Part shown: positions 40,828-48,667 of the stretch, piece after piece
Layout of the letters: each line of letters begins with the position of its first letter
Position numbering within the stretch: position 1 is the first letter of the stretch
Assembly: GCA_039810425.1 (NCBI GenBank)
Contig: JBDHWW010000001.1
Location: 64,001 to 128,000 of the forward strand
From: Pseudobdellovibrionaceae bacterium
Lineage (GTDB): Bacteria > Bdellovibrionota > Bdellovibrionia > Bdellovibrionales > Bdellovibrionaceae
DNA length: 64,000 bases
Direction of reading: 5' to 3'
Made by a program: the position numbers and the translations under genes
The notes under the pieces: generated by a model
The model's database searches: none
What the model was told of the DNA's origin: nothing
Seen by the model: the letters and a program-made list of their open reading frames with translations, nothing else

Positions 40828-42315
40828 CTAAAAGCTTATATCATATCCGAAGAGATATTCTAAGTAACCTGGCAATTTTTCTTTTATCCCTAATATAGTT
40901 TCGGAAGAATCCGCCTGATTCTGAATGCTTGTCGCCCGTTGTCTCCCACTTTGAGACAAATATCTATTGCTAAAATAGACACCCTTTGCTGAGTCGATAT
41001 AGTTCTTGCTTAAAAAGTTGCTGAGCTCTGGTTCTAAAAAACGGGCCTTTTTAAGGTAAAAGAAAATATCCGGACGGCTTTTCATAAAAGATTCAAGGGC
41101 TAACCTGTTTGCTGCAGGTTGGTTGGGACCCACAAAATTGGCATGTGTGCAGTATGTTGGCAGCAGACAGGTAAAATCCTCGAACGAGGTTACATCTGAT
41201 CGTTGCAATAGTTCGAACACGCCACTCAATGTTTCCAATTGCATCCTATTGTTGTTTTCGGACTCATTCAACCTCACCCAAAACACTCCGCTACCCAAGC
41301 ATACGATGACTGAGCATAACAGAGTCGCATTGGCAAAACGTTTCATCTTTAGCTTGTCCAAATCATAAAATAATAGCGCCGCATGCATGGAAAAGTAAGG
41401 TAAAAATGAAGCGATAAAGAATTGAGTTTTTTCGGTAAAAATCAGCATCGTGAGGAAACTTACGAAGGCCAATCGGGTTAGATCAGAGATTGTATCTGGC
41501 AGGCCCCCCAGGGCCCCCTCTTTTCTAATAACAGCAAAACAAGTGTAGAACCGTCCTAAAACTAAAATCCAGAATAGTGGGTTTCGTGTAAATTGATTTA
41601 TGATATGGAAAAAGCTGTCTACGCTCCAATACTGGGGGCCCCCTCCATCCCCCGAGAGGGTGTGCAAAAAATAAACCCCATTGTCTGTCAAAAGCATAAA
41701 TACCAAGAACACAATAAAAATCAGGGGGACTACTTTCCGAAATGAGCCGCTGTAAAGGTCTTTGGACCTTGAAAAGATCAGTACAATTGAATGCAAAATT
41801 GCCTTGGGGGTGGCTAATAAGGGAACAAAAACCAGGAATTTGTAATATGTTTTTTTGAAAGGCATTTGGGATAAGATTGCGAGACTGAGGGAGGTGGCCA
41901 TGAGATCGGAACGTATGCGAAAGCCCTGGTTCATGAAACCTGTATTGGCAAAAAGGAGTAGCACGGAAACTGCGCCATAAAAATAAGAGCCTGTACGGCG
42001 GCTCACAATTTTAACCATGAAAAAGACGATCACTAAACTATTTAAAATGAAAAGACTGCGGGCCCACAAAACTGACGAGGTTGGGGACGTATAATGAAGT
42101 TGTGTGAGCCAGATAAAAAAGTAATAGAGGGGGCGGGTAAAAACCCAGTTACTTTTTAAGTTCTCGATCAAGTGATAACCCACGCTGATAGACCAGAATT
42201 CGGAATCAGCAATGAAGGTTTGAGAGCTTAGAAACACAAACAAGCCTATGAGAACCATGCACCCAAATAAAATCGAGATGCTTAAAATTTTTCGGATTTG
42301 CACGACATTAACCAT
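40828..42315 (-). CDS. Polytopic membrane protein, GT-C (ArnT/PMT-like) glycosyltransferase candidate
   Basis: Many hydrophobic segments; acidic DSE after the first TM, RPLYY, RIRSD; soluble C-terminal domain; glycosylation context. Confidence 0.55.
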   Translation of the reverse strand: MVNVVQIRKILSISILFGCMVLIGLFVFLSSQTFIADSEFWSISVGYHLIENLKSNWVFTRPLYYFFIWLTQLHYTSPTSSVLWARSLFILNSLVIVFFMVKIVSRRTGSYFYGAVSVLLLFANTGFMNQGFRIRSDLMATSLSLAILSQMPFKKTYYKFLVFVPLLATPKAILHSIVLIFSRSKDLYSGSFRKVVPLIFIVFLVFMLLTDNGVYFLHTLSGDGGGPQYWSVDSFFHIINQFTRNPLFWILVLGRFYTCFAVIRKEGALGGLPDTISDLTRLAFVSFLTMLIFTEKTQFFIASFLPYFSMHAALLFYDLDKLKMKRFANATLLCSVIVCLGSGVFWVRLNESENNNRMQLETLSGVFELLQRSDVTSFEDFTCLLPTYCTHANFVGPNQPAANRLALESFMKSRPDIFFYLKKARFLEPELSNFLSKNYIDSAKGVYFSNRYLSQSGRQRATSIQNQADSSETILGIKEKLPGYLEYLFGYDISF

Positions 42316-43259
42316 TCGAAAGTCCACTTGATCCCAGTGTGCAATGAAACCTCTGGGCGCCAGGGAGATAACTCGTTTCGAGCAACAGAGAGGTCTGGCT
42401 TGCGCCGAGAAGGTTCATCTATGATGGCATCAATAAAATTAAGGGGCAAATCAGCGGAGCCAACATTCTTTTGAATTAAGCGTGCAACCTCTAGAACCGT
42501 ATATTCTTCGCCTCCCCCGAGATTCATTGGGATCATCAGGTTTCGATCCGCGTAAAGGTAAATGCCTTTGATAAGATCGCTCACATAACAAAATGTTCTA
42601 GTTTGCAATCCGTTTCCGTTAATAGTCAGCGGCCTATTGTTTATTGCCTGAAGTAAAAACTGTACGATGACTCTCCCATCATTTTGGCTCATGCGAGGAC
42701 CATAAGTGTTAAATATACGTAAGACGCCGTGACGAGTAGATTCTTTTCTATTTCTGGCAAAAATCAGCGCCTCACCAAATCTTTTCGCTTCACTGTAACA
42801 TGCCCGGGCGCTGTAGGCCTGGACGTTTCCAGAGTAGGACTCCATTTGCGGGTGTATGGTGGGCTCACCATACACTTCGCTCGTCGAAGAAAAAATCAAC
42901 TTCGCATTGAATTTATTTGCAAAAGAAATGGCATTGTCGAGCCCCACGCTGTTGGCCCACATTGTTTCCATGGAAAGTGTTTGATAGTGAATTGGCGATG
43001 CTGGCGATGCGAAGTGAAAAACATACCGTAAATTGGCCAACCAGGCTTTAGGAATGGAAGCTCCCCAATTCCAGGGAGCGACGATGTCTTGTTCAATAAA
43101 AATAAGCGTGTCCCCAAAACTTTCCAGATGCTCTCTATTTTCCTTTTGCCCTGTGCAAAGATTATCGACCGCGATAACATTAAACCCTTGCATTATAAGA
43201 TACTCAGATAAGTGCGAGCCTAGAAAGCCAGCCGCGCCGGTCACAAGTGCCGTCTTCAC
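42282..43259 (-). CDS. UDP-glucuronate decarboxylase (UDP-xylose synthase)-like NAD-dependent enzyme
   Basis: TGAAGFLGSHL, HFASPASP, STSEVYG, RACYSEAKR, RIFNTYGPRM..DGRV, QTRTFCYVSD. Confidence 0.85.
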   Translation of the reverse strand: MKTALVTGAAGFLGSHLSEYLIMQGFNVIAVDNLCTGQKENREHLESFGDTLIFIEQDIVAPWNWGASIPKAWLANLRYVFHFASPASPIHYQTLSMETMWANSVGLDNAISFANKFNAKLIFSSTSEVYGEPTIHPQMESYSGNVQAYSARACYSEAKRFGEALIFARNRKESTRHGVLRIFNTYGPRMSQNDGRVIVQFLLQAINNRPLTINGNGLQTRTFCYVSDLIKGIYLYADRNLMIPMNLGGGEEYTVLEVARLIQKNVGSADLPLNFIDAIIDEPSRRKPDLSVARNELSPWRPEVSLHTGIKWTFEWLMSCKSEKF

Positions 43260-43867
43260 ACCACCGCTCCACAGTTGACGTTCTGATGTTTTACTCCGAT
43301 GACCATAAAGCGTTTAAATCTTAAATTTGGGTAAGAAAAAATTTTTTCCTCCGCTTGAAATAGAGGATGGCCCCCCAACTTTTCCTGAAGTTGAGGTAGG
43401 GACTCTTCAAGATTTATGTGGGTGGGATGAGGCATGTCGGTTGTTTGCAAAGCAAACGCCAGCCCCGGTGGAATATGATGCCACCAATTGTAGTTGATCA
43501 TGTGCTCGCAGGAGGTGTTAATGATGATGTCGGGTTTTGCGTCTATATAGTGCCGACTCGATGGAGAAATATCCAGACAATCCTGCTCGTAAATCCGGAT
43601 TTCCACATTTTGAAATTTCCAATGATCTAGGATTTTTTCGGCGATCCTATTCGCCTTTCGGTCTAGATCAAAACAGCAAATTTTTTTGATATTCAAGCGC
43701 TCGCGGCTAAGAAGCAAAAAAGCAAGCGAACCGTACCACGAACCGTAAATCCATATAGTTAAGCCAAACTCCTGTTTATCCGCCAAAAAGTTTTCAACAG
43801 CCCGACAGAGCCAAAGTTTAGATCCGATCTGACCATCTGACCAGGCATCCATATTCATACTTTTCAT
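43256..43867 (-). CDS. Class I SAM-dependent methyltransferase-like protein
   Basis: GQIGSKLWL, IYGSWYG, CFDLD, DIIINTSCEHM, HIN, RFMVIG; Rossmann-like motif spacing. Start codon uncertain. Confidence 0.55.
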   Translation of the reverse strand: MKSMNMDAWSDGQIGSKLWLCRAVENFLADKQEFGLTIWIYGSWYGSLAFLLLSRERLNIKKICCFDLDRKANRIAEKILDHWKFQNVEIRIYEQDCLDISPSSRHYIDAKPDIIINTSCEHMINYNWWHHIPPGLAFALQTTDMPHPTHINLEESLPQLQEKLGGHPLFQAEEKIFSYPNLRFKRFMVIGVKHQNVNCGAVV

Positions 43868-44077
43868 TTTCTTATTTTGAAAATTCCCAAACATTTTGGC
43901 CACATCCTGAGCGACAACTGCCCGAGAAGGCAGGGTCCTTTAATGATCCTGGAAGTCGTGGGGATTTGCAATTCAAAATATACCCTTCCTGGGTGCGCAA
44001 ACCCAAGATATGAACCCGCTTTTGGCGGCGAGAGTTTAGGGTGGCTTTCTGAAAAGAAATCAGGCATACACAATTCT

Positions 44078-44770
44078 ATGACTTCTCCAACGCCAGCTCT
44101 GTCCATTGTAATTCCCTGCCGAAATGAGGCCGAATCCATTCCATTGGTTATTCCGAAGCTCATTGAGGAAGTAAAAAATAGGAATTTTGAAATTATCGTT
44201 GTTGATGACAACTCCACCGATAATTCTTTTGAACTGCTGAGGAGCTATCCGGAGATCGTCGTTGTTCGAAATCCCCGGCAACTTGGTTATGGTGGCGCGC
44301 TAAAGAGTGGTTTTAGTTCCTCCAGAGGGAGCCATATAGCCTTTTTTGACTTAGATCGGACCTATAACTCCGCCGACTTAGACAAGCTGTATAGTGAAGT
44401 GGTAGATAAAAAACTTGCAATGGTATTTGGAAATAGGATGGCAAAGAAAAACAAAATGCCAAAGACCCGGTATGTGGGTAATTGGCTTTTTGCGGCCCTG
44501 TTACAACTGCTTTATTGGAAAAGTATTCAAGATGTGTGCACGGGATTCCGGGTGTTTCAGCGCGGGTTCGTGCCTACGGTTTTAGAAATTGATGAGAATG
44601 GCCTGGATTTTTCCATTGCAATGACAGTAGTTGTTTTAAATCGAAAGCTGCCATTTGCACAAGTCGATATTCAATACGATGAGCGTATCGGCGAATCGAA
44701 ATTGTCGATTTTCTTTGATGGATTTCGCTTTCTCAGAAGTATTTTTTATCATTCCTTCAGAGATATTTAG
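44078..44770 (+). CDS. GT2, polyprenol-phosphate glycosyltransferase (DPM1-like)
   Basis: SIVIPCRNE, VVDDNSTD, GYGGALKSG, FDLD, GNR, DVCTGFR, R.GESK. Confidence 0.88.
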   Translation: MTSPTPALSIVIPCRNEAESIPLVIPKLIEEVKNRNFEIIVVDDNSTDNSFELLRSYPEIVVVRNPRQLGYGGALKSGFSSSRGSHIAFFDLDRTYNSADLDKLYSEVVDKKLAMVFGNRMAKKNKMPKTRYVGNWLFAALLQLLYWKSIQDVCTGFRVFQRGFVPTVLEIDENGLDFSIAMTVVVLNRKLPFAQVDIQYDERIGESKLSIFFDGFRFLRSIFYHSFRDI

Positions 44771-45666
44771 TGCAGCTCACCATTGTCATTCCTTCAGTAG
44801 AACTGTCGGCTAAGCAAGAGGATCTTCTGGAATCTTGCCTTTCGCAAACGATGCCTAAAACGGACTACGAGATCATTGTCGTCTATTCATCTTTAAATTG
44901 CCGAAAACAGATTCGAAAATATGACAACGAGCCTATTCAATTTGTTTTCTTAGAGGAAAAAAATGTCAGCAAAGCACGTAACCTGGGGGTCCAGCTATCC
45001 AAAGGAACCCGAGTGCTTTTTCTTGACGATGACGTAGTTTTGCCTTCCAAAGAGTATTTAGCGAGTCTTTGTGCTACCGTAAAACAGCTGCCCGTCCAGA
45101 GCATTGTGGGTGGTGGCTATGAGACGGCATGGGGTTCATCCTTGGTCTTAGATGCGAGCAATTCTATTGCGAACCTTTGGATTATTTCGGGACTGAGTCC
45201 TTTGGAAGGCGCCAAAAATATTTCGCGGGCGAAATTTCTTGTTGGGGGAGCGCTGACTGCTGATAAAAATACTCTTAGTGAAATTCCTTTTCCAGAGGAA
45301 GTTTCGTGGGGTGGTGAAGATACTATTTTTTTACAGCGAGCGATCTCAAAGAATATGTGTGCCTTCTACTGCAGTAGCCTGAATGTCATTCATAACGGCA
45401 ATTCATCTATAAAGAAATTTGTAGTCCGCTCCTGGCTGAGTGGAAAAACCGTTTCGCGATTCCAGGTGCCCTCAATTCCCTTTGGCAAGAAGCTGGGTCT
45501 TCTTTTGGATCATAGAACTAGCCGTCTATTTTTTCAGCTGCCATTGGTGTGGCTACACTTTGTCGTTTTAACGCTTTCAGAATTATTCTACCGATTCCCA
45601 AGGTATAACCATAGAGATAGGAAGCCACGGTCCCATTCAAAAATACGATCCATGGAAAAAAATTAA
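44770..45666 (+). CDS. GT2 glycosyltransferase
   Basis: TIVIP, SKARNLG, FLDDD, WGGED. Confidence 0.8.
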   Translation: MQLTIVIPSVELSAKQEDLLESCLSQTMPKTDYEIIVVYSSLNCRKQIRKYDNEPIQFVFLEEKNVSKARNLGVQLSKGTRVLFLDDDVVLPSKEYLASLCATVKQLPVQSIVGGGYETAWGSSLVLDASNSIANLWIISGLSPLEGAKNISRAKFLVGGALTADKNTLSEIPFPEEVSWGGEDTIFLQRAISKNMCAFYCSSLNVIHNGNSSIKKFVVRSWLSGKTVSRFQVPSIPFGKKLGLLLDHRTSRLFFQLPLVWLHFVVLTLSELFYRFPRYNHRDRKPRSHSKIRSMEKN

Positions 45667-46606
45667 ACCATTGGGGGCTTAAACTCCAGGTACTGATCGG
45701 CACGAGCATGGCTAAGGCCAGCAGTACCAAAGTTGAGGCTTTAGGATAGATCAGAATCATGCTCCCTAGCATGAAGACCGCCAGTAAAGGGAGCCAGCGG
45801 ACGATGCCGACATGCCGAGGATGCATTAAAATAATGTGGGGTTGTGCAGACCCGTACTTTGACACCTTCTTAAACCAAACTATAAAATTGGTTTTATCGT
45901 AGTGTTCAACCTCGATATTTGGCGCCATGTAAATATCAAATCCATGGATTCTGAGGCGCATGTTCATTTCTAAATCTTCTCCGGCCCTGCTAAAATCTTC
46001 ATTGAAGCCTCCGACGGCCTTTAAAGATGATGTTTTGTAGAGAATGTTGCAAGTGGGCATATGCGACACTTTTTTCAGATGAGATGCCGGCAGAAGTTGG
46101 GTGGAACCTAAATAAAGCAGGGGGTTTCGTTTAAGTAGGCGGCAGCAAGTATAGAATACGTTATCACTGATATGCGGAGGGATGTTCTCACCCCCCACGG
46201 CCGCGAACGCAGCGCTGTCCAGTTGCTCAAACAAATTCAAATAATTTAAAAGCCAATCTGCCCCTTGCGGGCAGCAATCCGCATCAAGAAAGATCAGTGC
46301 ATCGTAAGACGCCGCTAGTAGTGCCTTGTTTCTGGCGCGCCCCATGTTGTTAACATCGGTCGAAATTATTTGATATTGTAGGTTGTTGGTTTGGCAAAAC
46401 TCCTCAATATAAAATGTGCAATTTAGATCTGAGCAATTATTGATAAAGAGAAACTCAACTGGGATCTCTGAAGTGAGGCGAAATTTTAAAAGCGAAGGCA
46501 CGACGGCGCTGAGGCAGCGAATAATATTGGCGCCTTCATTGTGGAAAACGATACTGATGGAAACACCTTTTGTTACAGGAGGATCTAGCAGCTTCAATTT
46601 TTCCAT
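45518..46606 (-). CDS. GT2 glycosyltransferase with C-terminal membrane helices
   Basis: HNE, ARN, FLDADC, VGG, TCN, GGFNE...GED.E...R. Confidence 0.85.
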   Translation of the reverse strand: MEKLKLLDPPVTKGVSISIVFHNEGANIIRCLSAVVPSLLKFRLTSEIPVEFLFINNCSDLNCTFYIEEFCQTNNLQYQIISTDVNNMGRARNKALLAASYDALIFLDADCCPQGADWLLNYLNLFEQLDSAAFAAVGGENIPPHISDNVFYTCCRLLKRNPLLYLGSTQLLPASHLKKVSHMPTCNILYKTSSLKAVGGFNEDFSRAGEDLEMNMRLRIHGFDIYMAPNIEVEHYDKTNFIVWFKKVSKYGSAQPHIILMHPRHVGIVRWLPLLAVFMLGSMILIYPKASTLVLLALAMLVPISTWSLSPQWFNFFPWIVFLNGTVASYLYGYTLGIGRIILKALKRQSVATPMAAEKIDG

Positions 46607-46616
46607 GCCGTAGTCG

Positions 46617-47771
46617 CTAGAGTTGTGTAGGGGCTTCGGCGTCCGCGAAGCTCGTTTCCATTGGAGTACTGACGTCAAAGCCAAGGGCGCTCATCACGAG
46701 GCTTGCTTGAGAAAGAGCGCCTATAAGATTCTTCTGCGCATTTACGGGGCCGGAGGCCACCCAAAAGTTGTTCAGACCGGGAAGTGATTGATTGCCATTG
46801 AGCTTTAGTTCGCCATTACCCGCGATTTGCGGAGCCACGACGATCCGCTCAAGCTTAAGGGACTCGAGGGCTTCCGGATAAGCACGTTTAATTTGGCGTT
46901 TGATTTTTTTCAAAGCAGCACCGACCACTTCACTGTCTTCCGTCACTTCGTCTTCAATAAAGGTCATCCATTGGGACGCTTGCAAATTTTGCTCGCCTTC
47001 CGTCACCGCCGCAGAGAAACGGCCCACGCAAGGCCCGATTTCATCTTCAGTTGTACCATTGAGAACGTGCATAGACGTCACCTCAGTGACCGCGCGCGCG
47101 TGGCAGATATCAAGGCATAAAGCGGTCCAGTAAGTATTCTTACTGAGTCTTTGGCGGGAGCGCATAGAGAGGGCATCTTCGGGCAACAAGATTGCGAGTT
47201 CCTTTACTGAGCCGCAAAAGATAAAATTATGCGCGCTCAGAGTTTTTGCGCCGTTGATGGTGATTTGTGTCGCGGTTTCGCCGACAGCATGCACTTTAGT
47301 CACATAAGATCTTGGTATAAAATCGCCTTTGAATTTTTCAAACAGCAATTGCGTCCAAGCATAAGGTTCCAATTTCAACCCAAGGCTTTTGTTGGCTGTG
47401 AAGTAGTTCAACTCCTCGTAGAAGGGCGGCGGGTTTTCACCAAAACCAACAAAAGGTTTGAACGTACCTGAGGCGTAGGTAAGCGGCGGCAGCTCTTGGC
47501 TTTCGCCAGCAATTTTCAGTCCCAGAATATTTCCAAGAAAGTCGATCGCATGGCGCGCACTTTCGGTGTCAGGAACAAAACGAAGACCGTTGTTGGTAAC
47601 ACCAGTTGGAAATTTAATTGCACGGTTCATTCCACCCGCAACGTCGCCGCTTTCAAGCAAAGCGATGTTGTCGGTGAAGCGGCTTAGTGCCGCTGCGATA
47701 CTCAAGCCACTGAGCCCACTCCCGATAATTGCATAATCATAAACGTGATTTTGAGATTTTTTCTGAGCCAT
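46617..47771 (-). CDS. FAD/NAD(P)-binding oxidoreductase-like protein
   Basis: N-terminal DYAIIGSGLSGL...LLE...AGG dinucleotide-binding motif. Confidence 0.7.
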   Translation of the reverse strand: MAQKKSQNHVYDYAIIGSGLSGLSIAAALSRFTDNIALLESGDVAGGMNRAIKFPTGVTNNGLRFVPDTESARHAIDFLGNILGLKIAGESQELPPLTYASGTFKPFVGFGENPPPFYEELNYFTANKSLGLKLEPYAWTQLLFEKFKGDFIPRSYVTKVHAVGETATQITINGAKTLSAHNFIFCGSVKELAILLPEDALSMRSRQRLSKNTYWTALCLDICHARAVTEVTSMHVLNGTTEDEIGPCVGRFSAAVTEGEQNLQASQWMTFIEDEVTEDSEVVGAALKKIKRQIKRAYPEALESLKLERIVVAPQIAGNGELKLNGNQSLPGLNNFWVASGPVNAQKNLIGALSQASLVMSALGFDVSTPMETSFADAEAPTQL

Positions 47772-47824
47772 CTTTCTACCATCACCGCCGACGACAGGCT
47801 TTGCAAGCGCAAAGATGACAGAAA

Positions 47825-48655
47825 CTACCTAACGCATTTAATCAAAAGGCGCAAAAGGCTGCGGACCGCGGGTTTGGCCCAGGAGTGCTTGTCGAGTAAG
47901 CAAGCGATCCGGGGTGAAACACGATAGTACCATTTAGTGAAGAAACGCCCCCATGTGCGCTTTTTCAAGTGATGATCGCGGAAAAAGCGCAGTTGTTGTA
48001 CCTCCAACGCGTAAGCACTTTCAAATGCAGACGTTGCAACAAAGCAACGTGGGCGGCTTTCAGAGGACATCTTGAGGAATTGCTTAATGACAGCGGGGTT
48101 TTTCGCGGACCTTTGGAAAATCTCTGCTTTACGAATGATGTCTGGATAGATAGGGGTGAAACGAATAAAAATCGACAATTGTTTGGCGGCCGCTGACTGG
48201 CGCTCAGCATACCGCTCACTGGTGTCGTAAATCCTCAATAGGTCCCAGTAAACAGAGGCCACCACGGTCAGTTCTGTGTGGCGGGCGCTTTCTTTGAAAA
48301 GTTCGGGTTTGAGTTCGCCTTTTTTGCAATCAAAGACAATCTCCATGATCTTGATATATTTTTCATAAGCCGCCGCCGCTTCAGAATACATTTTTTGACC
48401 CATGCAAGTACGGGCTTGCTTGATCAATTGCACCCGATTTTTCCAGAGGTTCAGTCGATGTTGTTCTTTCGCGCGCTCTTGCGCCATCAGAACGCCGCCG
48501 CTACTGGCAGCGACAATTCTTTGCATCTCTGTAATGCAACCCACGCAAACCTGCCCCGGCGCGGATTCGCCGGACGCCTGCAGCTTCATTACAATATCAC
48601 CAGGGACTGGATGTAATTCTGTTACTTGGATTCCACAACGGGGGCATTGGATCAT
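47825..48655 (-). CDS. TPR-like protein with N-terminal Zn-ribbon and CFI-box-CTERM domain
   Basis: CPRC...CVGC; C-terminal CFVATSAF...EVQQLRFFRD..L......F..WYY..SP.IA. Confidence 0.75.
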   Translation of the reverse strand: MIQCPRCGIQVTELHPVPGDIVMKLQASGESAPGQVCVGCITEMQRIVAASSGGVLMAQERAKEQHRLNLWKNRVQLIKQARTCMGQKMYSEAAAAYEKYIKIMEIVFDCKKGELKPELFKESARHTELTVVASVYWDLLRIYDTSERYAERQSAAAKQLSIFIRFTPIYPDIIRKAEIFQRSAKNPAVIKQFLKMSSESRPRCFVATSAFESAYALEVQQLRFFRDHHLKKRTWGRFFTKWYYRVSPRIACLLDKHSWAKPAVRSLLRLLIKCVR

Positions 48656-48667
48656 TCTTTAATGCTA

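Noticed and set aside
35839..46606. Conventional O-antigen or capsule locus
   Set aside because: No Wzx, Wzy, Wzz or ABC exporter recognised, and the genes are interleaved with pilins. Not fully excluded.
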